Position numbers and translations under genes: made by a program | NCBI GenBank assembly: GCA_013265495.1 | Contig: MU061527.1 | Span: 434,001-498,000 of the forward strand | Reading direction: 5' to 3' | Length of the DNA stretch: 64,000 nucleotides | From: Vicugna vicugna | Taxonomy: Eukaryota | Notes under the pieces: generated by a model | Seen by the model: only the letters and a program-made list of their open reading frames with translations | The model's database searches: none | Told to the model about the DNA's origin: nothing | In this document: one piece after another, positions 1 to 12,665 of the stretch | How the letters are laid out: every line of letters starts with the position of its first letter | How positions within the stretch are numbered: position 1 is the stretch's first letter

Positions 1-908
1 CAGGCCGGGCCTCCGCCTGGAAGCCGCCCGGGCTGTGGCCTTCTCCTGCTGTCCGAGCCCACGCATAGCAATTAGTCATCAGCGGCTCCTGACAACGCTG
101 GCGTAGTGATCTTGTATTCTGAGTGAAGTCTCCCCGGAGAGGAGCACACTGAGGGGGGGGGCCTTCGTGGCACTCTCTCCTCAACCCCAGGCCCCCCAGG
201 CTGCAAGCTGGGGCAGGTGCATGGAGCCAGGCACCCAGGGGAAGGGTGAGCAAAGCTGAGTGGTGGGGGTGCAGCAGCGGTGAGGGACCTGGTCTGGCCC
301 ACTCGCCCGTCGTGACCCATGCGCCCCAGTTGTCAGGACTCCAGCTGCTGGGCTGCTTCTGGGAACAGAGAGATCCCCTCCCGCAGGGAGCAAGAAAGAC
401 AAAAAAGATGATTTTACGTTGTGCCGAGAACTCACTATAAAATAAATCTATAATATAGCTTGAGAACAGTGGGCAGAGGAGGGCAACTTTGGTCTCTGAG
501 GGGTGACTCTCTGGGGGGAATGTGCTGGCCCCAGAGAGCAGGAAGGGGGCCACTGTGGCTGGAGCAAAAGAAGGGGAAACCGGGTCCGAGGGGTCAGTAA
601 GGCCTATTACATAGGCTCCAAGGGAGTCTCGCGTTTATTCTAAGTTCAGTGCACCTTCTAAGAAGTGATTTCCTGTTGCCAGCTAAGCTGCGTGGCGTCT
701 ATAATTTCCTGCCAGCCCATCCACCCTTTCAACAGACGCTTACGGAGCGTCTACAGAGTCCCGGCCTGGCCCTGGGGACACAGCCGTGGCAGAACAAAGC
801 CTCCGCTCTGGAGAGCCCAGCTCCCAGAGGAAGGGACCCCGGCCCGCGTCTTCTGCCTGGGCGGTGCCCACCGGCGGCCGCTCCTCGAAGCCCCGGTCGG
901 AGGCCCGC

Positions 909-927
909 GGCCGCCAGGTGGCGCTCT
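909..927 (+). promoter_or_regulatory. CTCF motif
   Basis: GGCCGCCAGGTGGCGCTCT is a close match to the CTCF core CCASYAGRKGGCRS. Confidence 0.7.
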
Positions 928-1084
928 GCGCCCGCGCACCGGCCGCCGCTCGGGGGTCGCGGGGCCGAGGCCGGGCCGCGTTGGCGGGGGTCGGGCGGGG
1001 GCGGGGCCCGCGCCGCAGGTTGTGTGACTTTGGGCTTGACCTGCCGGGAGATGAGCTAATCCCGCCGTATAATAGACTCCGGGG

Positions 1085-1113
1085 AGATAGGGAAAATGGC
1101 TGCGGCGCTATCT
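1085..1113. promoter_or_regulatory. GATA2 -3.9 kb GATA-switch element (inverted GATA pair)
   Basis: AGATAG at 1085-1090 and CTATCT at 1108-1113, with a YY1-like AAAATGGC between them; about 4 kb upstream of exon 1S, matching the known mouse -3.9 site. Confidence 0.65.
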
Positions 1114-1369
1114 GCGTCGCCATGGGGACCATCGCGTGCGCGCGCGGGCGGGGCGCGAGCCCGGAAAAACACAGCCTTTGTCGGCGGCGCGTGTCACTCA
1201 CCGAGCGGGCCCTCGGGCGGCGGGGCTCCGGGCTCTCTTGCCCCAGGTCTGGGGCCCCTGGCAAGGCGTGTCCCCTGAGGCGGGTTGGGATCCCTGGTTG
1301 CTGCCAAACTCCTCGGAAGACCTGTCTCCCTTTCACAGCCGCACACCCTGTTCGGGTAACAAGCACTCG

Positions 1370-2110
1370 TTACACGGCACGGGCCACGGCGCCCACCACC
1401 CCTGCACACACCACTCTGTCCCTCTGGCTGTCCCTCGCCAAGCTGGAGGGGGGCCCAGCTCATGTCCGGGGCGCCACGTGCAGACGCAGGGACAGGCCCT
1501 TGCCCTCTTGCCCCTCTTGCAGTGCCCCCAGCGCGGCCGGCAGCCAGATGCACAAGCGCACAACCACCCTTACGCAGACCCGCGCCCACCCCAAGGCACG
1601 CAGGGTGCACACTCACAGGCATGCATAGATGCACAGGCCTGCGGGCGAGTGTGGCCCCCAGCACCTGCAGGCACAGGACACGCAGGAGAGTAACACACCC
1701 ACGCCTGAATATACACATACCCACTCGCCTTGGTGGCAGGCGACATCACTTCCTGTGTGCCCTCGCAGACGGCCTTGTGGAGGGCAGACCCGTGGAGACA
1801 CAATACTGCCTCCTGTACACATGGGCTTATGCCACCTGCTCCTTCACACACGTGTCTACTCACGCTGAGTGGCATGCATGCCCACACAGTCCTGTGCGAC
1901 ACCCCTTCTCTGGGCACCCTCAAACAGCCTCACCCCGGCCATCCCCAGGCGCCCAGCTCACGCCCACCACGCGCGGCACGCGGGCTCGCCCTCCTGTACT
2001 TTCTTGTTGCACACTTGTTTGATGTGGCCGCAGGCACACCAACACCCCCTGCTTGTTCACTGCCCACCTACTGGCACACCTGCCTGCCCATCCAAACATG
2101 CCGGGCACAC
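1370..2110 (+). repeat. CA-rich low-complexity tract
   Basis: Recurrent CACAC/GCACAC/CATGCA words; degenerate. Confidence 0.6.
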
Positions 2111-2268
2111 CCCGGGGCGCACAGTTGGGTGCCTCCGGCAGGCAGGCGGGCGGCACGGGCACCGGGTGCCCGAGTGCCCCCCGCGGACGCTATCTGCCTG
2201 CCCATCAACGCGCGGATCTGCGGTGGTAAATGATGCATTCGATGGCGGGCGCATTTGTTGTGCGCGCT

Positions 2269-2530
2269 NNNNNNNNNNNNNNNNNNNNNNNNNNNNNNNN
2301 NNNNNNNNNNNNNNNNNNNNNNNNNNNNNNNNNNNNNNNNNNNNNNNNNNNNNNNNNNNNNNNNNNNNNNNNNNNNNNNNNNNNNNNNNNNNNNNNNNNN
2401 NNNNNNNNNNNNNNNNNNNNNNNNNNNNNNNNNNNNNNNNNNNNNNNNNNNNNNNNNNNNNNNNNNNNNNNNNNNNNNNNNNNNNNNNNNNNNNNNNNNN
2501 NNNNNNNNNNNNNNNNNNNNNNNNNNNNNN
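2269..2530. other. N-run (262 nt) at the expected position of the GATA2 -2.8 kb element
   Basis: Run of N lying 2.6-2.9 kb upstream of the inferred 1S start site. Confidence 0.9.
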
Positions 2531-2609
2531 GCCCGCCGGCGCTGCCCTGGCGCCCTCCCGGCCCGCCGCCCTGCATGCTCCCGTTGGCACTCCGTGTGCC
2601 GAGCCCCTG

Positions 2610-3070
2610 CCGTCCCTGTGTCTCTGTCTGTCCATCCCACCCGCATCTTCTGTGTCCGCACTCTCCCCTGTTCTCTCCGGGCCCCCACCCTCTCTCCTTC
2701 CTCCTCTCCCCAAGGGTCTCTCCTCCCTCCCCATCTCCATTTTTGTCTCCTTTCTGTATCTCTTTTGTCTCTGTCCACGTCTCTCTGGCTAACAATTTCA
2801 CTGTCTTGGTTCCCATCTCTCCCACCCTTTCTGGCACTTTTTAGTTTTTTAGTTGTTTGTTTCTGCCCACTCCTGAGTGTCCCCAACCCACCCTTCCCCT
2901 CCCCACCAGTCCCTCTACCATTGTTGCTTTTAAAAATTTGTCCTTGGGTCTCCCCATCTTGTCCCCCAACCTGTCTCTTTATCACAGGGCCTCCATGTCT
3001 CTCAGTCCACCCCAGAGGGCCCTGCTTCTCCAGGCTTCATACCTCCTGCCCTCCCAAGCCATCTTCCTGA
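2610..3070 (+). repeat. CT-rich polypyrimidine low-complexity tract
   Basis: Long stretches almost entirely of C/T. Confidence 0.65.
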
Positions 3071-3363
3071 CTGCTGACCAGAGGCTGGGGGGCTCCAGCC
3101 GGCTCTGGCCAGCCCAGCCTAGCAGGGAGATGGCAGGTGGGGTGGGGAGTACAAGGCCTAGACCCCCACCCCGCAAGGACACAGGGCAGAACTAGGAAAG
3201 GCCCTGAGGACACTCAGCCCCTGCTGGGTTCATGGGGGTGTGCTCCGATGCCCCAGGACTGGCTCCCCTGTTCCCCCGCAGTGAGGCTGGGGGCCTTGGG
3301 AGCCGGTGGTCCCGGCGAAGCCACCTCATTAGAGCAGTTATTCAGCATGGTGCTGGCGTCGGC

Positions 3364-3378
3364 AGATAAGCCTTATCA
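3364..3378. promoter_or_regulatory. GATA2 -1.8 kb palindromic GATA site
   Basis: AGATAA-gcc-TTATCA about 1.78 kb upstream of the inferred 1S start; matches the known palindromic -1.8 GATA-switch site in form and position. Confidence 0.85.
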
Positions 3379-3499
3379 GCTCATCTCCCCTCCCACAGAC
3401 AGACAGAAAGTGCCCCGCAAATGGCACCCCGGAGCTCCGCTGGCCGCCTGCCCTGCCAGTTAAGGAAGGTGCGGACGGCGGGCAATCTGGGAAGACACA

Positions 3500-4200
3500 C
3501 GTACTGTGTCGCCCAGGGACACGCTCCTCCACAGGCCACAGACACAGAGTACTGCTCGGTAGAGAAACTCACACAGTTCAAAGGTGTATTCATGCACACA
3601 GTAGCCCACACCCCAGACACAAACTCCCAACCCAACACACGTCAGTCTGTGCATGGAGCTACACCCAGACGCACACACACACTTGGATACATCCTCCATC
3701 CGTTGAAAGATACAATGACACACACCCATGCCTATGCTGTTAAAGACAGACACGCACCCACTACACTCCAATTCATAGACACGGGATATCCAGACACACA
3801 CTGCTACCGACCCACACAGGGAAACACCAATTCACAGAAAAACACTTGGAAGTACCCACCTCCCATCACAAGATTCATGGGCACAATGATCTCACAGATA
3901 CGGAGCCTCAGGGACACACATCCAGTGCACTGATGGGGTCACACTCTGAAATAACCACACATATTACACAAACTCTCAGGGGCCCACAGGAACCAACAGA
4001 CATACTAATAGACTCAGTTTTGCAGACTTTCCATGTGCTCACAAGTGTGTGCACGCACACACACACATGCGCGCGCGCGAGGCACTCAGAGCAGAGCAGA
4101 TGCACATTCAGCAGTCACCATCAGCTTCAAAGGAAGACCCACAAACAGCAGACGCCCACAGAGATGGCAGGCCATTCACACTACACCCCCACCTCTGGAC
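3500..4200 (+). repeat. CA-rich low-complexity tract
   Basis: ACAC/GACAC-rich; includes 35 bp of perfect purine-pyrimidine alternation at 4045-4079. Confidence 0.65.
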
Positions 4201-4619
4201 ACGCCCGGCCCAAGGACTTCTCTCCCTCCAGGTGAAGCACTTCCTCTTTGGGCCCAAGGACCTCAGGGCACATTCACTCTCCCAGGAATGGGGCTCCAGC
4301 TGCCGTGTTGAGTCTCCTGGTAGGAAGTTTGAAAGTTCAAGGACTAGACTTCCTTGGCTCCCAAACCGGAGAGTTTCTTGGGGTGAAGTCTCCCACATCC
4401 TAACTCCTCCACCCAGGCTTCCAAGGAGAAAGCAGCTTCTACGTCCTGCCCTTTTCTTCCCCATGTGAACTTCCTTTAGGGTGAGTCAGGGAGATGCCTC
4501 AGACTCCACTTCAGAATGCTCTGGTGTGCTCTGGAGTTGGAGAACTGGGGTGGGGTATCAGGGGGAATGGGAGAGGGGCTGTGTCTACACTGAGCCAAAT
4601 CCGCCTGAAAGTGAGGGAG

Positions 4620-4945
4620 TTGTGTGCGCGCGCCAGCATTTCAAGCTAGCTTTGAGCGTGTGCATACACATCGGTGTGACCCAGATCTCCTGTCTGAGGA
4701 TGGCCACGCAGCCACAGCTGTGTGCGTTAATGAGTGTGCACAGATCTGTGTGTGTCTGTGTAAGCACCCTAAAGGCGGGTTGGAGAGGGAGGAGCAGGCG
4801 TCTGTGTGCTGTGTGCGTGCGTGTGTGAGCGCGTGTGCTCACGGCTCTTCAGGCCCCTGGGGAGAGAGTCTCGGAAGAGAGCTGTTCGGGCTCTCTGAGC
4901 ACGCAACCCTGAGAGCAGGGGTGCGCCTGTGTGTGTGCCCCTGCA
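4620..4945 (+). repeat. TG-rich low-complexity tract
   Basis: Repeated TGTG/GTGC words. Confidence 0.6.
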
Positions 4946-4979
4946 AGGGCAGGAGCAGTCTGGAGTAGAGGGGAGTTGG

Positions 4980-5145
4980 GTGAGTGCGCCCTGAGTGCTT
5001 GCCGGCCCTGGGCCTGCCGCCCGGCGGCTGGACCAGAGAGACCGGGCGCAGAGCCCCGGGCACCCTCCTGCCCCCCTGCGGCGCTCCCCCCCCCCAAAGT
5101 GCTGTCGAAATAAAAGCAGAGCCTCTGTGGCCGCGGGGAGGGAGA
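4980..5145 (+). promoter_or_regulatory. GATA2: GATA2 distal (1S) promoter
   Basis: Start of a CpG island, TATA-like AAATAAAA at 5108-5115, immediately upstream of sequence resembling human exon 1S. Confidence 0.7.
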
Positions 5146-5439
5146 GGCAGCAGGAGCGAGAGAGAGGTGTTGGGGCCAGCGCCGCCGGGGCTCGCCGCTC
5201 AAGTCTCTATCTCCTGGCTGCGGTCGCTCCCACCCCAGCCGGCCCCCGCCGTCCACCGGGCGAACAAAAGCGGCCAGCCGCGCACCATGCGGCCGCTCAG
5301 CGCACCGCCCGGGCCGCGCTGGTGAACGCTGCTAGCCAGCTCCGGGTCCTGTGGGCCCGGCTCGCCACGCACCGCGCAGCGCGCCCCGCTCCGCCCCGGC
5401 CCCGTCCGCCCGGGGGCGCCGCCCGCCGCATCTCACTGG
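5145..5439 (+). other. GATA2: GATA2 non-coding exon 1S (start approximate)
   Basis: Resembles the recalled human distal first exon (CTCAAGTCT..., ACAAAAGCGG, CACCATGCGGCCGCTC, CCCGTCCGCCCGGGGGCGCCGCCC); strong donor TGG|GTAAGT at 5440. Confidence 0.8.
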
Positions 5440-7949
5440 GTAAGTCCCCTTTCTCCCCCTGGCCAGGGCCCTTCCAGCCCCCAGGCTCGGCCCACCTGGT
5501 ACCAGAATCGCACGGTCTGTCTGGCCTGGTGGCTCCTGATATGTGGCCTTAGGGGCTCGCCCTGGCCCTACCGGCGGCTCAAACCCCAAGTCACAGGGTC
5601 CTAAATCTGAGGGAGGGTTTGGGGAGCTGGGGACAGGGCCTCCCGCCTTCCCACTTCTCGGACGGAGCCATAGGCCACGAGCCCCGGTTATTCGAGAGAC
5701 GCAAAGCTCCCCCATTCCCGGCACGAGAGCTGGGGCCTTTGTCTCGGCCGTCCCCCACCTCCGGGCCGCGGCGACGATGCGCCCGAGCCGGGGCGCCGAG
5801 CGGCGGCTGCACCTGCCGGTTGGTCCCGTGCGCCGGCTTTGCGCGGCTTAACCCGGCGCGCTCCTGCGTGCGCCCCCGCGCCCCGCGCCCCGCGGCCCTT
5901 TATCCTGTGTGGCTGGGGTGCGGGTGGGGGAGAGCACGAGGTCTGAAAGTCTCCCCCCTGCCCGGAGCCAGACTCGGAATCCTTTTAGAGGGATTTCAAT
6001 AAGAATGGGGCTCCGCGGGCTCAGGGATCTGCCGCAGGGAGGCGTAGACAGCGGCGGTCTGGGTTTGTCTGGACCTAGAGCATTTAGAATCCTTCGGCGG
6101 CGGCCAGGCTTGAACTCCAGGTTGCCCCAACCGCAAGGGGAACGGTCTGGCGTTCAGGGCCCCCGGGTGTGGCGGCTGCTCCTTTCCCGGAAAACACGGA
6201 AGGAAATTCGTTGTTTTGGAAAAAGCCACATCTCCCGGGGTCGGGAACATTTGGCGGTGAGCTCCGGGTCTACGCAGGCACCTCGCACTTGGGTTCGTTC
6301 AAGAGTAGGCAGGATTCGAGGATCAGGTAGGGCCAGTGCGGCTACCCAGGCGTCTGGAGAGCGTTTCCCAGCCGGGTTGACAAATTGCAAACAAATTGCG
6401 TCTAACGAAACGGATTTACCAGTTGTCATGCTGCTGGGCCGCTGGGCCGTCAGGCCTCTGAACAAACTGTGGCAGTTCGTGGAGGAGGGAGAAACGCAGC
6501 CGACTTCTGCAGGTCTCTGCAGGGCCCCTGGGGGAGGCTGTCAGGCTTGGAGGTGGCAGTTGGAACCTGGTAAGGAGATCCGGGATCTTCGAGGCCCTGA
6601 CACAACTAGAACGTTCGTCCCAGGTCTTTACAATTCAAAAAGGCCCAGAAAATGGATGGGGGTTGCAGGGGTAGCATGGAGGCTGGAGGAGAGGGAGACT
6701 TCAGATTTGAGGGGGCTGGAAGTGAACCCAAAAGAGTGGGGGGGGAGCTGTTGAACCCCTCTGGAGGGTGGCTGAGGCCTGAGAAGATATGAGGCATTGC
6801 CTTAGTGGGGACTTCTGAACTCCTCTGGCTAAAGCGGCCCCCACTTCCTCCTCAGTACCCCTCAAGGCACATTGTCGGTGTGGGGCTAGGAGGTCCTGGG
6901 TTGCAAAGTAAATATCCCTATTGAAGGCAACCCCTAAGCAATCGGATTTCTTTGAACATCCCTTCCACTGCTGGCCAATTAGATGCCCATAGGAAAAGGT
7001 GAGAAGAATTAGGTTACAAAGAGAGGGCAAACTTCTGGTCCCAGAGCGGGTGCCTCTGGTGAGCAAAGTTTAAACAAAGGGCAGGGAGGGGTGGGGAGTC
7101 GCGCTGGACAGGGAAGACCTGGGCAGCTGAGTGCCCAGCCTGGACCGAGAGGACCTCTAGAACTGGACTTCGGGTCTCTGCACCCCCAGCTCCCCGAGAA
7201 AGCACCGGGGCAGCTCCAACCCTCCAGCTGGAAATCTCCGGTCATTTGAAAAAGGCTGTTAGAAAATTCAGTTTCACTACAGCCCTTCCCAGTCCTTCGT
7301 GAAATCTTGTTCCCATGTAAGGAAAGTGATAGCTTCTTAGTGTGACCAAAGGGCAGCGCCCGCATTTGCAACAAGCCTTGGGAACGGACAGAAAAAAAAA
7401 AAGGGAATGTGTCCCTCCAAAGATGTTCTGGAGACCCCAAAGTCCAAGGCTGAAAATGGAAATAAATCTCTCCTCAGCCCCAAGGATGCCCACCCAACCC
7501 TAGTCGATCCTGGGAGCTGCCCTAACCCTCCCCAGATGTTTGTCCTTGCAGAAGTGATCGGATGGCCTCTGCTACCCAGTGGACAGGGCACCTGGTTAGC
7601 CTCCACCGGTCCGTCTGGCAGACACACTTGAGAGTGGCGCTCCCCCTTTATTGGCCAGCTGGGCGCCCTGCTGCCTTGCTGCCCGTTTTTCTCTCCCAGG
7701 CGGGTTCTTTCCTGCAGGAGAGCGTAGCAGTCCCGCGTCCAACGCAGGAGCTCCAGTCAATGTGGAGGCCTCAGCCAAGCCCGCTGCCTGCCTTCCTTTT
7801 GGAGGAAGGCAGCCCCATGGCCCCAGGAGACCTGGCAGGGTTCCGCTTTCCCTTTCCTCAGGCCTGGATTGCGGGAAGGAGGGCTGGTGTGGCTCTCCCG
7901 AGGCCCCCGATGGAGCACTGCTTAACTGCCCTGTTAAGCTCCTCTTCGC

Positions 7950-9200
7950 AGCGCTTTTCTGAGCCGCCGAGCGGGGTAATTAAATCCCCGCCTGTGCTCT
8001 GTGCTACGCCAGGCCGGCGGGCGGCCCAAGGCTGCCGTGTGGGCAGGGGCCCTGTCAGGCGAGTCACCTCCACCCTTGCAGTGGCTTGACGCTGCCCCGG
8101 AGGGGCTTCAGGCTGTCCCGGAGGAGCTTGAAGCCGAGCTCGCAGTGATGAAACTGCAAAACTAGCCTGGACCGGGGATAAGCTGAACCACGCTTTTGGG
8201 GAAAAAGGTGAATTACCTGTTTTCCCGAGGGCTACGAATGTCCACCGCCGTGCGAGCCGAGGCGCCGGCCGCGGCCCCGCGAGAAGCTTCAGCTCGGCTC
8301 CGGCGTTCACCGCTTCGCGGCCGGCCAGCGGGCCGGGAGCCTCCGGCGCTGGGTCCCGGGGTTCGCGCGCCAGCGGGGCAGGCTTGCCGGACACCAGGGA
8401 TTGTCCCCGGGGCCGCGTTGTCTTTGAGAAGCTCCTGCTGGGCGCCGAGGCGGCAAAACAGGCTGGAGGCTTCGCGGCGATCGCTTTTTACGCGTTGGTG
8501 AATCTTAAAGCTAAAGGCAGGGAGGAGAGACAGACTTACCGAGAGACAGCGGGTCCGGGCCAGACAGCACGCGTTCCGGGGAGCGCGAAGCGGGAGGTAC
8601 GGAGGCCGCTCACCTGCCCGGTCCGGCTGCAGAGGCCCGGCGCCCGCGGCCTCGCGCTCCAGTTCCCGGTCCCGACGCGCCTTACCCGGCAAGCGCCGGC
8701 CTCCTCTCCCGCGGAGCGGAGTTCCGAGAAGCCCGGGCCCCGCGCGCCACGGAGTGGAGCGGAGCGGGAGGCACAGCGGACAGCCAGGGCAGATGGGTCC
8801 CCGAGAGTCCGAGAAGAGCGGATTCCCAGCAGGAGCCGGCCTCGCGCCCCCAGCCCCCTTTACCTGCTCCAGGGCCTCGGGCAGACTGATAGACCAGACC
8901 GCCGAACGCAGAGGCAGGAGGAGGCCCCCAGCCCGGGCCCGCGACCCCTTGGCGCTGCCAGAGCTGGCCTGGGAGAGGGTGACTGGGGCGCGCCGGCGGA
9001 GCTGGGCCTTGGCGGGTGCCCCCCGAGCCGAGGGGACCGAGGGCTTTCCTCCCTCCTCGGATTATTAAAAAGTTCATTTCCTGGCGAATCGGGTGACGTC
9101 AGGGGCCCGGCGTCGCGGTGGCGGGGCTGCCCGGCCGGAGAAGCCGCCTCCAGTTACCCAATTACCGACTGTCAATCCCGCCGCCCCTCCCCCAACCTTC
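7950..9200. promoter_or_regulatory. CpG island between the two GATA2 promoters; candidate antisense (GATA2-AS1-like) promoter near 9.05-9.18 kb
   Basis: Dense CpG; perfect CRE TGACGTCA at 9094-9101 next to an AT-rich ATTATTAAAAA at 9061-9071. Confidence 0.5.
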
Positions 9201-9759
9201 CTGGGGGTGGCCAGGACCCTTGCCCTCTCCCCTGCTCGGGACCCACCTAGGATCCCTCTGGGCTTCTACCCCCAGAGCTGCAGACCCAGCGAGGGAACAG
9301 GGGCTGGAGGATGCTAATTGCCCCCCACTACCCCCGCACCTGTCTCAGTTCCCCCACATTTCTTTGTTCTCGACCCCTCGCTGGGCTACAGGCCCCCCTC
9401 CAGCCTCGGTCTCCTCCGTCTGTGCAATGGGAGAGAGCAGAGAGATTAGTGCACCGGGCCCATTTCATACACAGAGCTGGGTCTGTGGACTGGAGGTGTG
9501 TGGGGAGCAGTTCCAGGTGACTTAGGGAACAAAGTTCTCAGATCACTGTCTCCCTCTCCCTGGGGGCTACCATAGGGACCCCTGGAGGAAAAAATGCCTC
9601 CTCCTGCCCGGAGGCGTCTCCTTCGAGCCGGCGCCGGCGCCAGTCCGGGTCTCCACGGCCTCGCCCCAGGCAATTCGGCCCGTTGGTCTGCTAAGGCCAC
9701 GCCCGGGAAGGGGACGCCCCCTCCCCCTCTCCGGAGCCTCCAGCCAGTCCACCTCCTTC

Positions 9760-9909
9760 AGGTCAAGCAGTCCTAAGCGGCCTCTTGTCCGAGGCCCAGA
9801 TGCCCTCGGGGACCCAGTAGTTCTTGCCCCTCACCGCTCCTTCTGTCCCACAGCAGCCTACCCAACCCCTGCCAGACCAGAGCCCGAGCTGGGGAAGGGA
9901 ACGGTCTGG
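9760..9909 (+). other. GATA2: GATA2 minor upstream non-coding exon (start approximate)
   Basis: Resembles the recalled first exon of a human GATA2 variant (GGTCAAGCA...GGGAACGGTCTGG); donor GG|GTAGGT at 9910; matching acceptor TGCAG| at 10358. Confidence 0.55.
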
Positions 9910-10254
9910 GTAGGTAGTTGGACAGCCACTGACCACGTTCAGTGGTAAAGGAGGTGGGATCCGAGAGACTGGAAGGGCTGGGGTCCCAGGGAGAGGACAA
10001 CCAGGCACCCAGAGGGTGCGCGGCCCAGGCTCCCGGGGAGGGGGCCCAGTTGGAGGTTAGTTACTGAGAGGAGGGCCCAGAGGTGAGGGGGACCGAGAGT
10101 GTCTGCAAGAGGGGGCGCAGCAGTCGGCCTGCGGGGTACGGGTGGCGTGGGGGGGGCATCGGCAGCAGGGGCCGCCGGGAGGGCGCGGGGAGGGGGCCGG
10201 CAGGCGCAGAGGGGCAGGCCCGCGGGTCAGTCCGGGAGTCCAGCGGACCGGGAG

Positions 10255-10330
10255 TTGCGGGCCCAGCCAATGAGGGGCGGAGGCTGGGCGGCGCGCGGCG
10301 CTGATTGGCTGGCGCGGGCTTCTTAGGCGT
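10255..10330 (+). promoter_or_regulatory. GATA2: GATA2 proximal (1G) promoter
   Basis: CCAAT at 10267-10271, GC box GGGGCGG at 10274-10280, inverted CCAAT (ATTGG) at 10304-10308, inside a CpG island. Confidence 0.8.
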
Positions 10331-10565
10331 GCGCGGCCCCCGCTTCATGTCTGTGCAGGAGTCGCGAGCTGGCGCCAGGGCGGCCGGAGGATGCCGAGGG
10401 GCCGGAGCCCGGCGGGCCGGAGGCCGAGGCGCGCGCTGCCCCCCACATCCACTCCGTGAACCCCGCCAGCCGCCCGACGCGCTGTCCCTGAGCCTGCCAT
10501 CCCCGGGGCTCCAGCCGGTGCTGCCCGCTCCGAGGCCGCGCCCCTCTCCCCGCGGCGCTGCGTGT
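10325..10565 (+). other. GATA2: GATA2 non-coding exon 1G (start approximate; internal acceptor at 10358)
   Basis: Resembles the recalled human proximal exon (GCTGGCGCCAGGGCGGCCGGAGGATGCCGAGGGGCCGGAGCC); donor TGT|GTAAGT at 10566. Confidence 0.8.
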
Positions 10566-11068
10566 GTAAGTTGGGGTAAGAGAGCTGGCCGAGGGCCTGG
10601 GGCGCTCCGGGCTCTGAGAGGTCACTGCGGGACCTGGGGACCCGGGCCAGGCTGCTGGTGACTGCTTTGGTGTGCCTCGGTGAGAGGTCCTGATTGTGCC
10701 GCCAGAGTGTACGCGGGGGCTGGTTCTGGGTCGATGGGGCTGCGTGTGCGTGGTTTTTTTGGGGGGGAAGTCGAGGTCAGTCTGTGTATCGGCTCCAAGT
10801 GTAGGTTTGTGCGTGTCCTTAGGCTCGTGTGCCCCAGTGGATGCCCGGGCGCCTGGTGTCAACTTTTAGTCTGTGTTTAGGTGTTTGTGTGCCGGGATGG
10901 TGGGGGTGGGGGATGAGTGTCTGACTAAAGCGCTTTTAGTCGGGGTTACTGGCGTTGGGGCTTGTCCCTGCGTGTGACCCCGTGCGCACGAGTGTGTGGC
11001 TCTGGGACCGGGGTTACCATGTGAGCGTGCGTGGCTGCACCCTCTCCCGCGCCCTCCTTTCGTTTTGA

Positions 11069-11503
<435 letters not shown>

Positions 11504-11780
11504 TGACTGGGAGGCCAGGCGCCGTGAGCCTGGCGCGGGAGAGGAGGAGGGCCCGGCTGCTTGCTTCCCGGATGTGGGATCCGCAGGAATCGGAGCTGCT
11601 AAGAAATCCGGGCGGGAGAGATGGGGACAGCGGCCTCTTGGGGAGTATCTGGGCCCCATAGATTTTCTGCCCATTTCCAGCTGGCCTGTGGGGGTTCCCT
11701 CCAGGCCCTGTCCAGGGGGGTCCCTTCTGTGCCACTAGTCCTTCAGCTCTGCACTGACATTCCTGATTATTGCCGGTTAG

Positions 11781-12665
<885 letters not shown>

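Larger units (their letters stand above)
780..1400. promoter_or_regulatory. CpG island upstream of GATA2
   Basis: Very high GC with dense CG dinucleotides, judged by eye; boundaries approximate. Confidence 0.7.

Noticed and set aside
1869-3070. Long ORFs spanning N-runs (also at 14.8-15.6, 18.1-18.8, 27.7-28.8 and 54.3-54.6 kb)
   Set aside because: Artefacts of N translated as X with no stop.
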